Source of the DNA: Pirellulales bacterium
GTDB lineage: Bacteria; Planctomycetota; Planctomycetia; Pirellulales; JAICIG01
NCBI GenBank assembly: GCA_040901675.1
Contig: JBBDYJ010000010.1
Coordinates: 372,072 to 436,071 of the forward strand
Length of the DNA: 64,000 nucleotides
Direction: 5' to 3'
Shown: piece after piece, positions 50,738 through 60,973 of the stretch
How the letters are laid out: every line of letters starts with the position of its first letter
How positions within the stretch are numbered: position 1 is the first letter of the stretch
Made by a program: the position numbers and the translations under genes
The notes under the pieces: model-generated
The model's input: only the letters and a program-made list of their open reading frames with translations
What the model was told of the DNA's origin: nothing
Databases searched by the model: none

Positions 50738-52198
50738 CTACGCAAACAGACCCAGGATCGGATGGCCGTGGTCGACCAGGCGATGGGGCCGGTCAAGCGC
50801 GTCGCGCAGCTCGGTGGCGTGATCGATCCCCAGGGCGTAGTAGAGCGTGGCGATCAAATCGTAGGGGTGAACCGGGTCGTGGCGGGGAAAGGCGCCGTAA
50901 CGGTCCGACTCGCCGTACACCAGCCCGCCGCGCACGCCGCCGCCGGCTATCAAAAAGCTGTAGCACTCGGGCCAATGATCGCGCCCGCCAGGACCTACGT
51001 TATCGGTCGTCGGGGCGCCAATCCGGGGCGAGCGGCCGAACTCTCCCACGGCCACCACCAGCGTCGTCTCCAGCAGGCCGCGCTGGGCCAGGTCGTCCAC
51101 CAGCGCGCTAGTGGCCCGGTCGAACACGGGGCAGCGGTGATCGCGAAGCATCGGAAAGTTGTTGCGGTGCGTGTCCCACGAGCCGTCAGGTCCCGGCGCC
51201 GGCTCGGTGTCCGATCCGCTCGGCCAGTTCACCTGCACGAAACGCGTACCCGCTTCGATCAGCCGCCGCGCCAGCAAGCAACTCTGACCATAACGCGTCT
51301 GGCCGTACCGCTCGCGCAGCGCCGGCGGTTCCTGGCTCAACTCGAATGCCCGCACCGCCTGGCTCGACTCGATAATCGAAACCGCCTTGTTGAAAAAAGT
51401 GTCGAACTGCCCGTTCGGCGCGGCGGGCGTGGAGAGTGCCGACCGCAGGTCGACCCGCGCCTGCAAGCGGCGCAGCGGCATTTCGGCCGGCAGCGAAAAC
51501 CCCTCCAGACGGATGGGCCGCGTGGGATCGTCGTACATCTGGAATGGATCGTAGCCGGCGCCCAGCAATCCGGCCCCTTGCCCGACTCCCTGGACCGCGC
51601 CTTCCTTGATCGGGCCGGCCAGGGCCACGTATCCCAACGTGCCGGCCGCCGCCGGGCGGTACCGGGCCGCCACCGATCCGATGCTGGGCAGGTCCTCGCG
51701 CGAAGGGGGCACGGCCAGGCCGGTGGGCGAGAAGTTGCTCGGATCGTGGCCGGTCATCAGCATGTAAATGGCCGACCCATGGTTGCGCAGCCCCTTGGGC
51801 TTGACGCCGATCGACCGAACGAGGGCGAACTTGTCGGCCTGCTCGGCCAGCATCGGCAGAACTTCGCCCAGCAACATGCCTGGCGCCTTAGTGGCGATCG
51901 GTTTGAACTCGCCGCGTATTTCCGCCGGGGCGTTGGGCTTGGGGTCCCAGAGGTCGATGTGGCTGGGCGAGCCTTGCAGGTAGAGCAGGATCACCGACTG
52001 CGCCTGCCCGAGCTGCCCTTGTGCGGACCGGGCCTGTTCAAACCCGCCCGCCGGCCTTGCGGGCACTTCGGCGGCCGCACGCCCGCGCAGCAACTGCGGC
52101 AGGCCCAGGCCGAGAAGCGAGAGGCTGCCCACCGACAACAGCTCGCGCCGCGTCCACGAGTCGCACAGCCGGCCGCGTTTTGTAAGGATCGACAGCAT
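50738..52198 (-). CDS. DUF1501-domain protein
   Basis: RRELL, DLWDPKP.AP.EIRGEF, ARRLIEAG.RFV, EFGRSP, GRDHW. Confidence 0.92.
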   Translation of the reverse strand: MLSILTKRGRLCDSWTRRELLSVGSLSLLGLGLPQLLRGRAAAEVPARPAGGFEQARSAQGQLGQAQSVILLYLQGSPSHIDLWDPKPNAPAEIRGEFKPIATKAPGMLLGEVLPMLAEQADKFALVRSIGVKPKGLRNHGSAIYMLMTGHDPSNFSPTGLAVPPSREDLPSIGSVAARYRPAAAGTLGYVALAGPIKEGAVQGVGQGAGLLGAGYDPFQMYDDPTRPIRLEGFSLPAEMPLRRLQARVDLRSALSTPAAPNGQFDTFFNKAVSIIESSQAVRAFELSQEPPALRERYGQTRYGQSCLLARRLIEAGTRFVQVNWPSGSDTEPAPGPDGSWDTHRNNFPMLRDHRCPVFDRATSALVDDLAQRGLLETTLVVAVGEFGRSPRIGAPTTDNVGPGGRDHWPECYSFLIAGGGVRGGLVYGESDRYGAFPRHDPVHPYDLIATLYYALGIDHATELRDALDRPHRLVDHGHPILGLFA

Positions 52199-52350
52199 GT
52201 CGACATGCTCCAGGTCATCGCGCCCCCCACAGCCTACGAGTTATGCCAGGAAGCGTCAAAGAAAAAGGCAAGCACGATGCCGCGGATGGTTCTACCGGGC
52301 AGCAGCCAGCCCATAACCGGGCATTCTTCCCAACCGGGTCAAGCGATAGG

Positions 52351-52797
52351 TCAGCTCCAAACCCGAATGAATCTGCCGGGCGTTACGACTTCAAACCTCA
52401 AGCTTCGCTGGAAACCGGACGGCAATTCCAAGAGATCGAGGTCGTTGGTAATGAGATAGGCTGCTTTGCCGGCGGTCGCAGTAGCTAGCAGCAGATTGTC
52501 GTCCGGATCACGGCTCTCCGTGTACCTACGGCCAAGGCTAACAAGGGACGAGCGTGAATCCGCCAAAAATCGCCGCTGCCAATTCTCAATCAAAGTGGGA
52601 TCCATCCCCAAGATATCTTGGAAGATGCCCAGATACTCGTCGACGAGGCCATCGGAGACGACGAGTTGCAGCCGCTTTTCTGTCAGCCAGAGACGTACGA
52701 TACGTTGATTGGGGCTGGCGGAAGACCGAGTCTTGAGGGCCCGCACAAAGACGTTTGTATCGAGCACCACGCGAATGCGTTGCTTGCGGGGAACCAT
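52351..52797 (-). CDS. PIN-domain toxin
   Basis: VVLDTNV, E, RDPDDN..L, ITND.DLL. Confidence 0.9.
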   Translation of the reverse strand: MVPRKQRIRVVLDTNVFVRALKTRSSASPNQRIVRLWLTEKRLQLVVSDGLVDEYLGIFQDILGMDPTLIENWQRRFLADSRSSLVSLGRRYTESRDPDDNLLLATATAGKAAYLITNDLDLLELPSGFQRSLRFEVVTPGRFIRVWS

Positions 52798-52827
52798 CCG
52801 GGGCACCTGCGCGAACGCCAAGAAAGG

Positions 52828-53052
52828 TCATTTTTTCCGGCGATAGCGGCGAATGGCCTCTTCTGTGTCTCGTGCACGAAGAGGGGAGCGCCGGGCGGCT
52901 GCCGCTGAAAGTGAGAGAAGCTCGTCATCCGCGATCCGGCGCAAGAAATCGCGCAAGGCCTCGTTGGCAACCGTCTCGGGCTTCCGCTGGCGCTTTGCGG
53001 CAACCGCCACGAGCTGCTTCCAAACGCCCTGTCGGATGGTCACTTCGGGCAT
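52828..53052 (-). CDS. Putative antitoxin (ribbon-helix-helix-like)
   Basis: 74 aa directly upstream of the PIN gene; strand-helix-helix pattern; AGGA RBS. Confidence 0.7.
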   Translation of the reverse strand: MPEVTIRQGVWKQLVAVAAKRQRKPETVANEALRDFLRRIADDELLSLSAAAARRSPLRARDTEEAIRRYRRKK

Positions 53053-53140
53053 TGCAATTGTTTCCTGCAAGCTATGCGGGACGCGGTTTCCGCAGAGTAC
53101 ATCGCTTACCATCCTACCATGATTCGTACCGTTTGGCAGC

Positions 53141-54226
53141 TCACCGCGCTTCCCGCTCCAGCAGGGCATGCTTCCGCTCGAGGCCCCAGCGGTAGCCGTT
53201 CAGGCTGCCGCGGCTTCCGATAACCCGGTGGCAGGGAATGACTACCGCCAGGCGGTTCGATGCACAGGCGCGGCCCACGGCCCGCGCGGCTCCAGGGCAG
53301 CCGATCCGCGCGGCAACCTCCGCATAGGAGGCCGTTGTGCCGGCGGGGATCGCTTGCAATGCCTTCCAGACCCGCTGCTCGAAGGCCGTGCCCTGAATGT
53401 CCAAGGGCAGGTCCAGCCCGCCGCCGGGCGCTTCGATCGACGACAAGACGTGCGCGACCCAGGCCGAAAACTCCGGGTCGCCGTCAGCAAGCTCGGCCTG
53501 CGGGAACCGCACGGCGATCCGCTCGCGCAATGCCTGGCGCGTATCGCCGAACTCGATGGCGCAGACGCCCCGCTCGGTCGCCGCTACCAGCACCCAACCC
53601 AGAGGCGACCGCGCAACGGCCAGGCGGATCCGCATTCCGGCCGCGCCGTTTTTGAGCTGGCCCGGCGTCATCCCCAAGCTCTCGCCGGCCTGGGCATAGC
53701 ACCGCCCGCTCGAGCCGAACCCCGCGCCGAGGATGGCCTGGGTGATGCCGCCGAGGCGCGACAGCTCCTGCCGTAGCCGCTTCGTTTGCCGCGCGGCCCA
53801 GTACCCCTTGGGCGTGACGCCGACTACGGCCTTGAACCGCCTATGAAAGTAATACCTGCTCAGCCCGGCCGCCTCGGCCAGCTCGGCCAGCGACGGCGCT
53901 TCGTCCGCCTGGTCGATCAACCGGCACGCTCGCACGATCGCCTCCTGGTTTGCGGGCTGAGTCACGGCCGCCTTGGGCCTGCACTTTTTGCAGGCCCGAT
54001 AACCGGCTTGCTCGGCCTCGGACCATTCGGCGAAGAACCGCACGTTGGCCCGCTTCGGCAGCCGCGAGGGGCAGCCCGGCCGGCAGTAAACGCCCGTCGT
54101 CCTAACGCCGAAGACAAATGCTCCGTCCGCGGCGCGGTTGCGCTTGGCAACGGCGTTCCAGCGTCGGGTGTCGTCGGCAAACATGGCAGGCGTGGGGCGG
54201 CGCATCAGCGGTCTCCTGGAGATCAA
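53141..54226 (-). CDS. ada: Bifunctional regulator / O6-methylguanine-DNA methyltransferase Ada
   Basis: TTGVYCRP.CPSR, GYRACKKC, AraC HTH, GT.F...VW, IPCHRV. Confidence 0.93.
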   Translation of the reverse strand: MISRRPLMRRPTPAMFADDTRRWNAVAKRNRAADGAFVFGVRTTGVYCRPGCPSRLPKRANVRFFAEWSEAEQAGYRACKKCRPKAAVTQPANQEAIVRACRLIDQADEAPSLAELAEAAGLSRYYFHRRFKAVVGVTPKGYWAARQTKRLRQELSRLGGITQAILGAGFGSSGRCYAQAGESLGMTPGQLKNGAAGMRIRLAVARSPLGWVLVAATERGVCAIEFGDTRQALRERIAVRFPQAELADGDPEFSAWVAHVLSSIEAPGGGLDLPLDIQGTAFEQRVWKALQAIPAGTTASYAEVAARIGCPGAARAVGRACASNRLAVVIPCHRVIGSRGSLNGYRWGLERKHALLEREAR

Positions 54227-54348
54227 TGCCGCCGGTCATCTTACCGCGGCGGCCCGCAGCGCGGATATCCGCTTCTTGCGGTGCAATTCGATATGCTTGC
54301 CGACAGCGCGGCCGACGTGGCGAAGCTGCGCCAGGGGCTATGGGTCGC

Positions 54349-54399
54349 CCCCGCCGTGCCGCCAACCTCGACCCGATCGAGGCCCTGCGCTACGAGTAG
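54349..54399 (+). pseudogene. 3' relic of a MacB/FtsX-type ABC permease
   Basis: PRRAANLDPIEALRYE-stop is the characteristic C-terminus; nothing homologous upstream. Confidence 0.6.
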
Positions 54400-54561
54400 C
54401 GCCTTGAACCTTCACGCGTCGTGGTGCCAAATGTTAACCGTGACGCCCTGCGTGCGGTTCTCACCTCGGGCTGCCTGACAGCAGCAGCCGGAGACCGGAG
54501 GATATTGTCGGGCCTCAAGTCTCCAGCCTCAAGTCTCCAGCCTCACCGCCCGGAGGTCCTC

Positions 54562-55599
54562 GTGTCAGCGCCCTTCTCAGCCAAATATGCCAACCGACTC
54601 GCCAGCGGATACGCCCCTGTGCTGACCGGTGGAGTCGTGTGGCTGGCCACGCTGGCGCTACTGCGGCCGAGCCCGCTGGAGACTACTTGGGCGCACCTGC
54701 TGCTGATGTTGGCGGCCCTTGTCTATCTGCCGCTCGGCCTGCGGCTGGTGCCCCTTAGGGCATCGGGCCGTGCCGGCCGGCTCCTGCGGGCTGCGGCGCT
54801 GCTGCAACTGCCGGCCGCATTGCTCCTCGGTTGCGCGTACCTGCTGCCGCAGGGCCTCGCCGCCGCTGCCTTGACGCTACCCTGGTTGGCGGTGACAGGC
54901 CTGGCCGCGTTGGCCGGCATCTCGTGGCTTGCCCGGCGCGGCCCGCTGCCGCCGGGCGAACTGTGCTTCGATGCGGGGCTGGTCTATCTCGCGGTCGGCG
55001 GAGCGTGGGCCGTCCTGGACCGCGGCGGTTTTCGCCCGCTGGGATTCGAAGCGGTGATCGTGATGTTAACGAGCGTCCACTTTCACTACGCCGGTTTCGT
55101 GCTGCCGCTGTTGACCGGCCTGGCCATCCGCGAGCAACATGGACGAGTGGCCCGCGCCGCCGGCCTGGGCGTGATCGCGGGCGTGCCGCTGGTGGCAGTC
55201 GGGATCACGGCCACGCAAATCGGCTTGGGACCGTTGCTGGAGTGCCTGGCCGCCTGGCTGACGGCCGTTGCCGGAATCCTGGCCGCCTGGCTGTACCTGC
55301 GTTTGGTTTTGGAGGGTCGTTGGCCGGCGCTCAGCCGCGGCCTCTGGGTCTTGTCAGCCGTTTTGCTCGCAGCCAGCATGACCCTGGCCGCCCTTTACGG
55401 ATCGCGCTTCTACCTGCCGCTCACCTGGCTCGACATCCCCTTGATGCGCGCCCTTCACGGAACCGCCAACGCGCTGGGATTCGCCGGAGCCGGCCTGGCG
55501 GCCTGGACCATCGCGGCCCGGCTGAACCTGGTGCAAGGCGTGGCCGCAGCATTTGACGGGCGTGGCGATTCTACCGTCGAAGCGCCGGCAGTAGAATAA
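54562..55599 (+). CDS. YndJ-family membrane protein
   Basis: LT.VHFHYAGF, M...HG..NA.GF; GGAGG RBS. Confidence 0.85.
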   Translation: MSAPFSAKYANRLASGYAPVLTGGVVWLATLALLRPSPLETTWAHLLLMLAALVYLPLGLRLVPLRASGRAGRLLRAAALLQLPAALLLGCAYLLPQGLAAAALTLPWLAVTGLAALAGISWLARRGPLPPGELCFDAGLVYLAVGGAWAVLDRGGFRPLGFEAVIVMLTSVHFHYAGFVLPLLTGLAIREQHGRVARAAGLGVIAGVPLVAVGITATQIGLGPLLECLAAWLTAVAGILAAWLYLRLVLEGRWPALSRGLWVLSAVLLAASMTLAALYGSRFYLPLTWLDIPLMRALHGTANALGFAGAGLAAWTIAARLNLVQGVAAAFDGRGDSTVEAPAVE

Positions 55600-55642
55600 G
55601 ATGAATGCACCAACCCGTGCTCAAGACAAGGGAGGACAAGAC

Positions 55643-55939
55643 ATGGCCACGTTCGTCAGCACGATCAAGTTTTCGGAGCAGGGCATCAAGAACGTCAAGG
55701 ACACCTGCAAGCGGGCCGAGGCCTTCAAGGGGGCGGCCAAGAAGATGGGGGTCAAGGTGCGGGAGATCTTCTGGACGCTTGGGCCTTTCGACGGCTTGAT
55801 GATCCTGGATGCGCCTGACGACGAGACGGCGACGGCCCTGATGCTCCAGCTCGGCTCGTTAGGCAATGTCCACACGCAGACCGCCCGCGCGTACAACGCC
55901 GCGGAAATGCAGGCGATCCTGGGCAAGCTGTCCGGCTGA
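55643..55939 (+). CDS. GYD-domain protein
   Basis: F.EQG...K....R, WTLG.FD, G..GNV.TQT.RA. Confidence 0.88.
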   Translation: MATFVSTIKFSEQGIKNVKDTCKRAEAFKGAAKKMGVKVREIFWTLGPFDGLMILDAPDDETATALMLQLGSLGNVHTQTARAYNAAEMQAILGKLSG

Positions 55940-55948
55940 CCGTCCAGA

Positions 55949-56071
55949 GTGCTGCAGCGGTTCATGAACAACGAGCGGGGGATCACGCTGGAAACCGCGG
56001 GGAAACTCGCGGCGTACCTGGGGCTGGCGTTGCTTCCGGCTAGCGATCGTAACGACCGTGCGCCGGCCTGA
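55949..56071 (+). pseudogene. C-terminal half of an XRE-type HTH protein
   Basis: VLQRFMNNERGITLETAGKLAAYLGL; first helices missing. Confidence 0.55.
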
Positions 56072-56308
56072 TGCCGCGCATGCACTCACGCGCCGGGCAC
56101 AGTACGTCCCGTGTCGCGGCGCCGCCAGCGGGGCCGGCGCCGGAATTCATGCCACCGCTTGTGCCTGTCGTCCGAGCGTCCGCCGCCGGGTATAATCGGC
56201 TCGGATTCACCGGACCACCGGGCGTGCCCGCTTACGTCCGACCTTGCACACTATTCATTGCGGTTGAACCCGTCACGCCGTCATTGGTGCGGCCGCTACA
56301 AGGTTTCC

Positions 56309-59300
56309 ATGCCCGTCCTTCCCGAAGAAGAGATCTTCGCCGCAGCACTCGAACAACCCTCGCCCCAGGAGCGGCGGACTTTCCTCGACCGCGCCTGCCA
56401 GGCGGACGCCCCGTTGCGCGCCCGGGTCGAAGCGATGCTTGCCGCACACGACCACCCCGACAGGTTGCTCGAAGCAGCGGACGACTCGGTCACGATCGAT
56501 CAGCCCATGGCGGAACAGCCCGGGACCATGGTCGGGCCCTATAAGCTGCTTCAACAGATCGGCGAAGGCGGTTTTGGCGTCGTCTATATGGCCGAGCAAA
56601 CCGAGCCGGTACGGCGCAAAGTGGCCGTCAAGGTGATCAAGCCGGGAATGGACACCCGCCAGGTGATTGCCCGCTTCGAGGCGGAACGGCAGGCACTGGC
56701 CGTGATGGACCATACGAACATTGCCCGGGTGATGGACGCGGGGGCCACGCAGTCAGGTCGCCCCTACTTCGTGATGGAGCTTGTCCGCGGCACTCCGATC
56801 ACCACCTACTGCGACGAGAACAATCTGCCGGTCCGCGAGCGCTTGGTGCTGTTTGCGTCGGTCTGCCGGGCAATCCAGCACGCCCACACCAAGGGGATCA
56901 TCCACCGCGACATCAAGCCCCCCAACGTCCTGGTTACGCGGCAGGATGGTGAGCCGGTGGTGAAAGTAATCGACTTCGGAATTGCCAAGGCGATGGGACA
57001 GCAGCTCACCGAGAAGACGCTGTTCACCGATTTTACCCAGATGATCGGCACGCCGCTGTACATGAGCCCCGAGCAGGCGGAACTGAGCGGCACCGATATC
57101 GACACGCGGAGCGATATCTATTCGCTGGGGGTCTTGCTGTACGAGCTGCTCACCGGATCGACGCCGGTGGACAAGGAGCAGATGAAGCAGGCGCCTTTCG
57201 ACGAAGTCCGCCGGATCATCCGCGAGGACGAGCCCCCAAAGCCCAGCACCCGGATCAGCACCGCCCAAGCGGCGCCAACCATCGCCGCCCGGCGCCACAC
57301 CGAGCCGGACAAGCTGGCCAGGCTGGTCCGGGGCGAGCTCGACTGGATCGTGATGAAGGCCCTGGAGAAGGACCGCAACTGCCGCTACGAGACGGCCAAC
57401 GGGATGGCGCGCGACGTCGAGCGCTATCTGAACGATGAGCACGTTCAGGCGTATGCGCCATCGGCGTGGTACCGTTTCCGCAAGTTTGCGAGGCGAAACA
57501 GGAGGGTGCTGCTGACCGCGGCCGTGCTGGCCATATCGGCGCTCGTCACGGCGGCGGCTTTGACGCTCAGTGCTCTCGACTACGGCCTTAAACAGCGCGA
57601 TCTCGCCGAGCAAAAAGAAAACCTCCGGCAAGAGACGGCGACCGGCCTGTACCACGCCCTGCTCCGCCATGCGGCCGCGCTGCGCACGGCCCGCCAGCCG
57701 GGATACCGCAGCCAGGTGTGGAAAAACCTCCACGAAGCCGCGGCCCTGGACACGCCGGCGAAAAACCTCGACGACATCCGCCGGGAGGCGCTCGCTTGTC
57801 TGGACGATCCCATCGGGTTAGACGCCATTCAATCTCCCCAGGTCGAGAGACCGGACCCGGTCGTGGTCCCCCAAGCGTTCCAGCATCTCATCGAAACAAT
57901 GCAAAAGAGACTTGGCGGCGAACGGGTCATCAGCGCAGTCACGCAAGACGGAGAGACATTGGCCACGGCTCGGCGACAAGACGGCGTGACTCTGTGGGGA
58001 AAGGATGGCAGGCCGCTGGCGACGGCGCGACCGCCCCTCGGCTCGGTCCACGACTTGAAGTTTGCTCCGGACGGAGACCTGCTGATCGGCGGGTGCGAAG
58101 AAGGAACGATTATCTGGACAGTCCCGGGGCTGGCGACGCGCACGTTTTTCCGGGGAGACGTGGTCCGATCCCTGGCAATCGACAAGACGGGCCAGTTGCT
58201 CGCAACCGCAGGCCACGGCAGGCGAATCGAACTCTGGTCGCTCGCGTCCAACCGACTCGTCGCGGTCCTCCCAGCTCGATCCAATGACGACATTCAATTC
58301 GATGCCGAGGGAGAGTTTCTGCTGACCCTGTCGGACGGCACGCCGAGTTCCGCCTGGTGCGTGAAACGCACTCCGGAGAAGCACCAACTGGCAGGCCACC
58401 GGGCAGGGATCCCCGGCGTGGCTTTCAGCCCGGACGGTCGAAGCCTGGCCTCGGTCTCGAAGGATCGAACGGTCAAGATTTGGGACGCCAAGTCGGGCCG
58501 CCTCGTGCACGCGTGCCTGGGGCACAACGCCGAAATCCAGGCGCTGGCGTTCAGCCCGGATGGAAAGCTTCTCGCGACCGGCGACTGGAAAGGCGCTCTT
58601 CGACTCTGGGATCCCGCATCCGGCAACGCGCTCGCCAGCGGCGGAGCGCTTGCCCAAATCTGGGGCCTCCGCTTCGATGCCAGCGGAAGGTGGCTGGCAA
58701 GTGCCGGCGCGGGGGGCCTTGCGGCCTGGGCCGTCCACCAGGGCCCGGACACGACCAGGCTTGAGCGATTCCTCACGCTCCGCTTCTTCGACGCCCACCC
58801 TTCCAGTGCAATCGATCTCGCCTTGCATCCCGGCGGTTCTCAACTGGCGTTTCTCCGCTGGGATGATCGGCAAATCTACACGTACGACCTTGCCCAGGCC
58901 ACCGGGCCTATTTCGCTCAACATCCGGGCCAGGTTGCACCCCTCCTCGCTGCACTTCGAGCCTGCCGGCAATCAACTGCGTTTCGTGACACCCGAGGGGG
59001 CGCTCGGCGCTTGGGACTGGCACAAAGCGGCCCCCGGCCCTACAACCGGTGCAGCGTTCGATTTCCCTTCGCTGACGCTGAGCCCGGACGGCCGCTGGGC
59101 CGCGGGCGAGGGGTTGCCCGGCCGGGTGGTGATCCATGACCTCTTGAACGACCGGGAGCTGTTCGGACTGCCGAAAGAGGCGAACCGACCGTGGTGTTTG
59201 GACTGGAGCCCGGACGGCAAACGACTGGTGGTCGGTCTTTCGGATGGTGGTCTGGCGATCTGGGACCTAGAGCAGGTCCGTGCCAGGCTGGCGGAATTCG

Positions 59301-59497
59301 GGATTGCGGTTCCCTCGACCGCGGTGCAGCGGTCCGCGCTGCCAAAGATCCGCACTCTGTCCGAGTCCGCGTTTCGGCGAATTGTCAGGGACCACAAGGC
59401 AAAGGAACAGTCCGATGTCCAAAGCGTCGTCGGCGCGGTCAGAGAGGCGATTCGGCGTGCCTTCCTTCCAGGATCGCGGCCAGGCGGAACGAGTGAA

Positions 59498-59500
<3 letters not shown>
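56309..59500 (+). CDS. Ser/Thr protein kinase with WD40 repeats
   Basis: GEGGFG, HRDIKP.N, DFG, YMSPE, GELDWIVMKALEKDR; GH...VAFSPDG...WD repeats. Confidence 0.95.
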
Positions 59501-59570
<70 letters not shown>

Positions 59571-59678
59571 GCCCGCTCCAGTATACGCGGCGGCCGACGA
59601 GGCGACACTTGCCCCGTCATCCCTCCGGGCCGCCCTGCTCCCACCGCCCTCGACTTCCATTTTGCCCCCGATGGCTCG

Positions 59679-60035
59679 TTGCACGTGGACCGAAAAGGCG
59701 GCCGCCTGCAACTCAGCAATCAGCAGGTCCGGATCCTGCTGACGATCCACGCGGCGGCGCAGGCTGACCCGCCGAGGCGATGCGAGCGGAGCGAGCTGCA
59801 CGCGGCCGTGTTCGGCCACTCCACCAGGCGGCGCGGCGGGGCTGCGCAGCCGGCGGGGCTGAAACTATCCGCCTCGCAGAGGGCGGTGCTTTCCAGGGCG
59901 GTCAGGCGGCTCGGCGAACAGGGCTTGGTGGAGGACGGTGGGCTTGCCCTCACCGCGGCCGGGGCGGAGCTGGTCGAGGAGATGACTGCCTGGCACGGGT
60001 GGGGGTTCTACGTCGGCGACCATCCGGTGAGGTGA
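59679..60035 (+). CDS. Hypothetical protein, winged-helix-like
   Basis: LSRAVRRL...GLV...LT..G pattern; TTG start, weak support. Confidence 0.45.
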   Translation: MHVDRKGGRLQLSNQQVRILLTIHAAAQADPPRRCERSELHAAVFGHSTRRRGGAAQPAGLKLSASQRAVLSRAVRRLGEQGLVEDGGLALTAAGAELVEEMTAWHGWGFYVGDHPVR

Positions 60036-60114
60036 GCGTGCGGTCACTCCTCCCGAAACGTGAAAACAAGCCTTGGACGTTCAGGTTGCTCTGGCGGGCT
60101 ACCTCCTTTCCGTG

Positions 60115-60570
60115 TCATGGTGCTTTGTCGTTCAATTTCGCGCGCTCCAGATCGATTTGCGACTGTAGCAGAGCTGCCTTGGCCTTCAGGTAATCGACAT
60201 GACTGGCTTGGCCGGACTTGAAGAGTGCGGCGACTGCCTTTTCCAATGCCGTCGAGTTCTCAACAAGCTGACTGTAAAGTTCAATCCGCTCTTTGCGACC
60301 CGCTGCCAGTTCAAGTTCGGCGTTTAGAAGATCCCGCTGCAACGCAAGCACGGAGTCCACACCGAGCCGGCCGGCGTGATATCCGCGCTCCGCAGCCCGC
60401 ACCGCCTCCCCTAACACTGCTTTGCGCTCCTCAAGCAACTTTCCCAGCTTCTCGGAATCCGAAGCGGTACCTCCCGCACCTGGAGCCATTCCCAGGCCGA
60501 TGATCAACAGGGGAACTGTCCCGCCCATTACAAGCGCGGACATGCGACGAATGGAAGGGCGAACGAACAT
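60115..60570 (-). CDS. Exported helical protein (TolC-like helical hairpin pattern)
   Basis: GAGGGGAG RBS, signal peptide, Y.AG and FKSG...DYL.A repeats. Confidence 0.7.
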   Translation of the reverse strand: MFVRPSIRRMSALVMGGTVPLLIIGLGMAPGAGGTASDSEKLGKLLEERKAVLGEAVRAAERGYHAGRLGVDSVLALQRDLLNAELELAAGRKERIELYSQLVENSTALEKAVAALFKSGQASHVDYLKAKAALLQSQIDLERAKLNDKAP

Positions 60571-60643
60571 TGCTAGACTCCCTCTGGAAACGGAACAACG
60601 AATGCACTCACGGCACGCTCTCTCGAATCCGTACCGGGCGGAG

Positions 60644-60755
60644 CTATTTCTTCAGCTTCGCCAGATACTCGTCGGGGTTCTCCTTGACCATGTCGACGCA
60701 CGCCCAGCAACTCTGCAGCTTCTGCCACCTTGACGTATTCGCTTAGCTTGGTCAT
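60644..60755 (-). pseudogene. Chimeric relic: MerR/excisionase-type HTH start fused out of frame to a YHS-like C-terminus
   Basis: MTKLSEYVKVAEAAELLGV then, in the next frame, CWACVDMVKENPDEYLAKLKK-stop. Confidence 0.5.
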
Positions 60756-60973
60756 CGAACACCGTTTTGAGGAGACCCCGACCTCGCCCAAGTCTATCCA
60801 ACCCTACAGCAGAGAGATAGCCGCGACTCGAAGGAATCCGCCGCGGAGGCTAGGCACCAGGACCGTACTGCGACTCAAGCGCGGTTTGGGTGGCATCCCC
60901 GACAGGTCCTCGGCCGGCGGGCCGCTTGCCTGGAGCTAACCGGCGACGCTATCGGCTTGGGCTGCCGCCGGCA

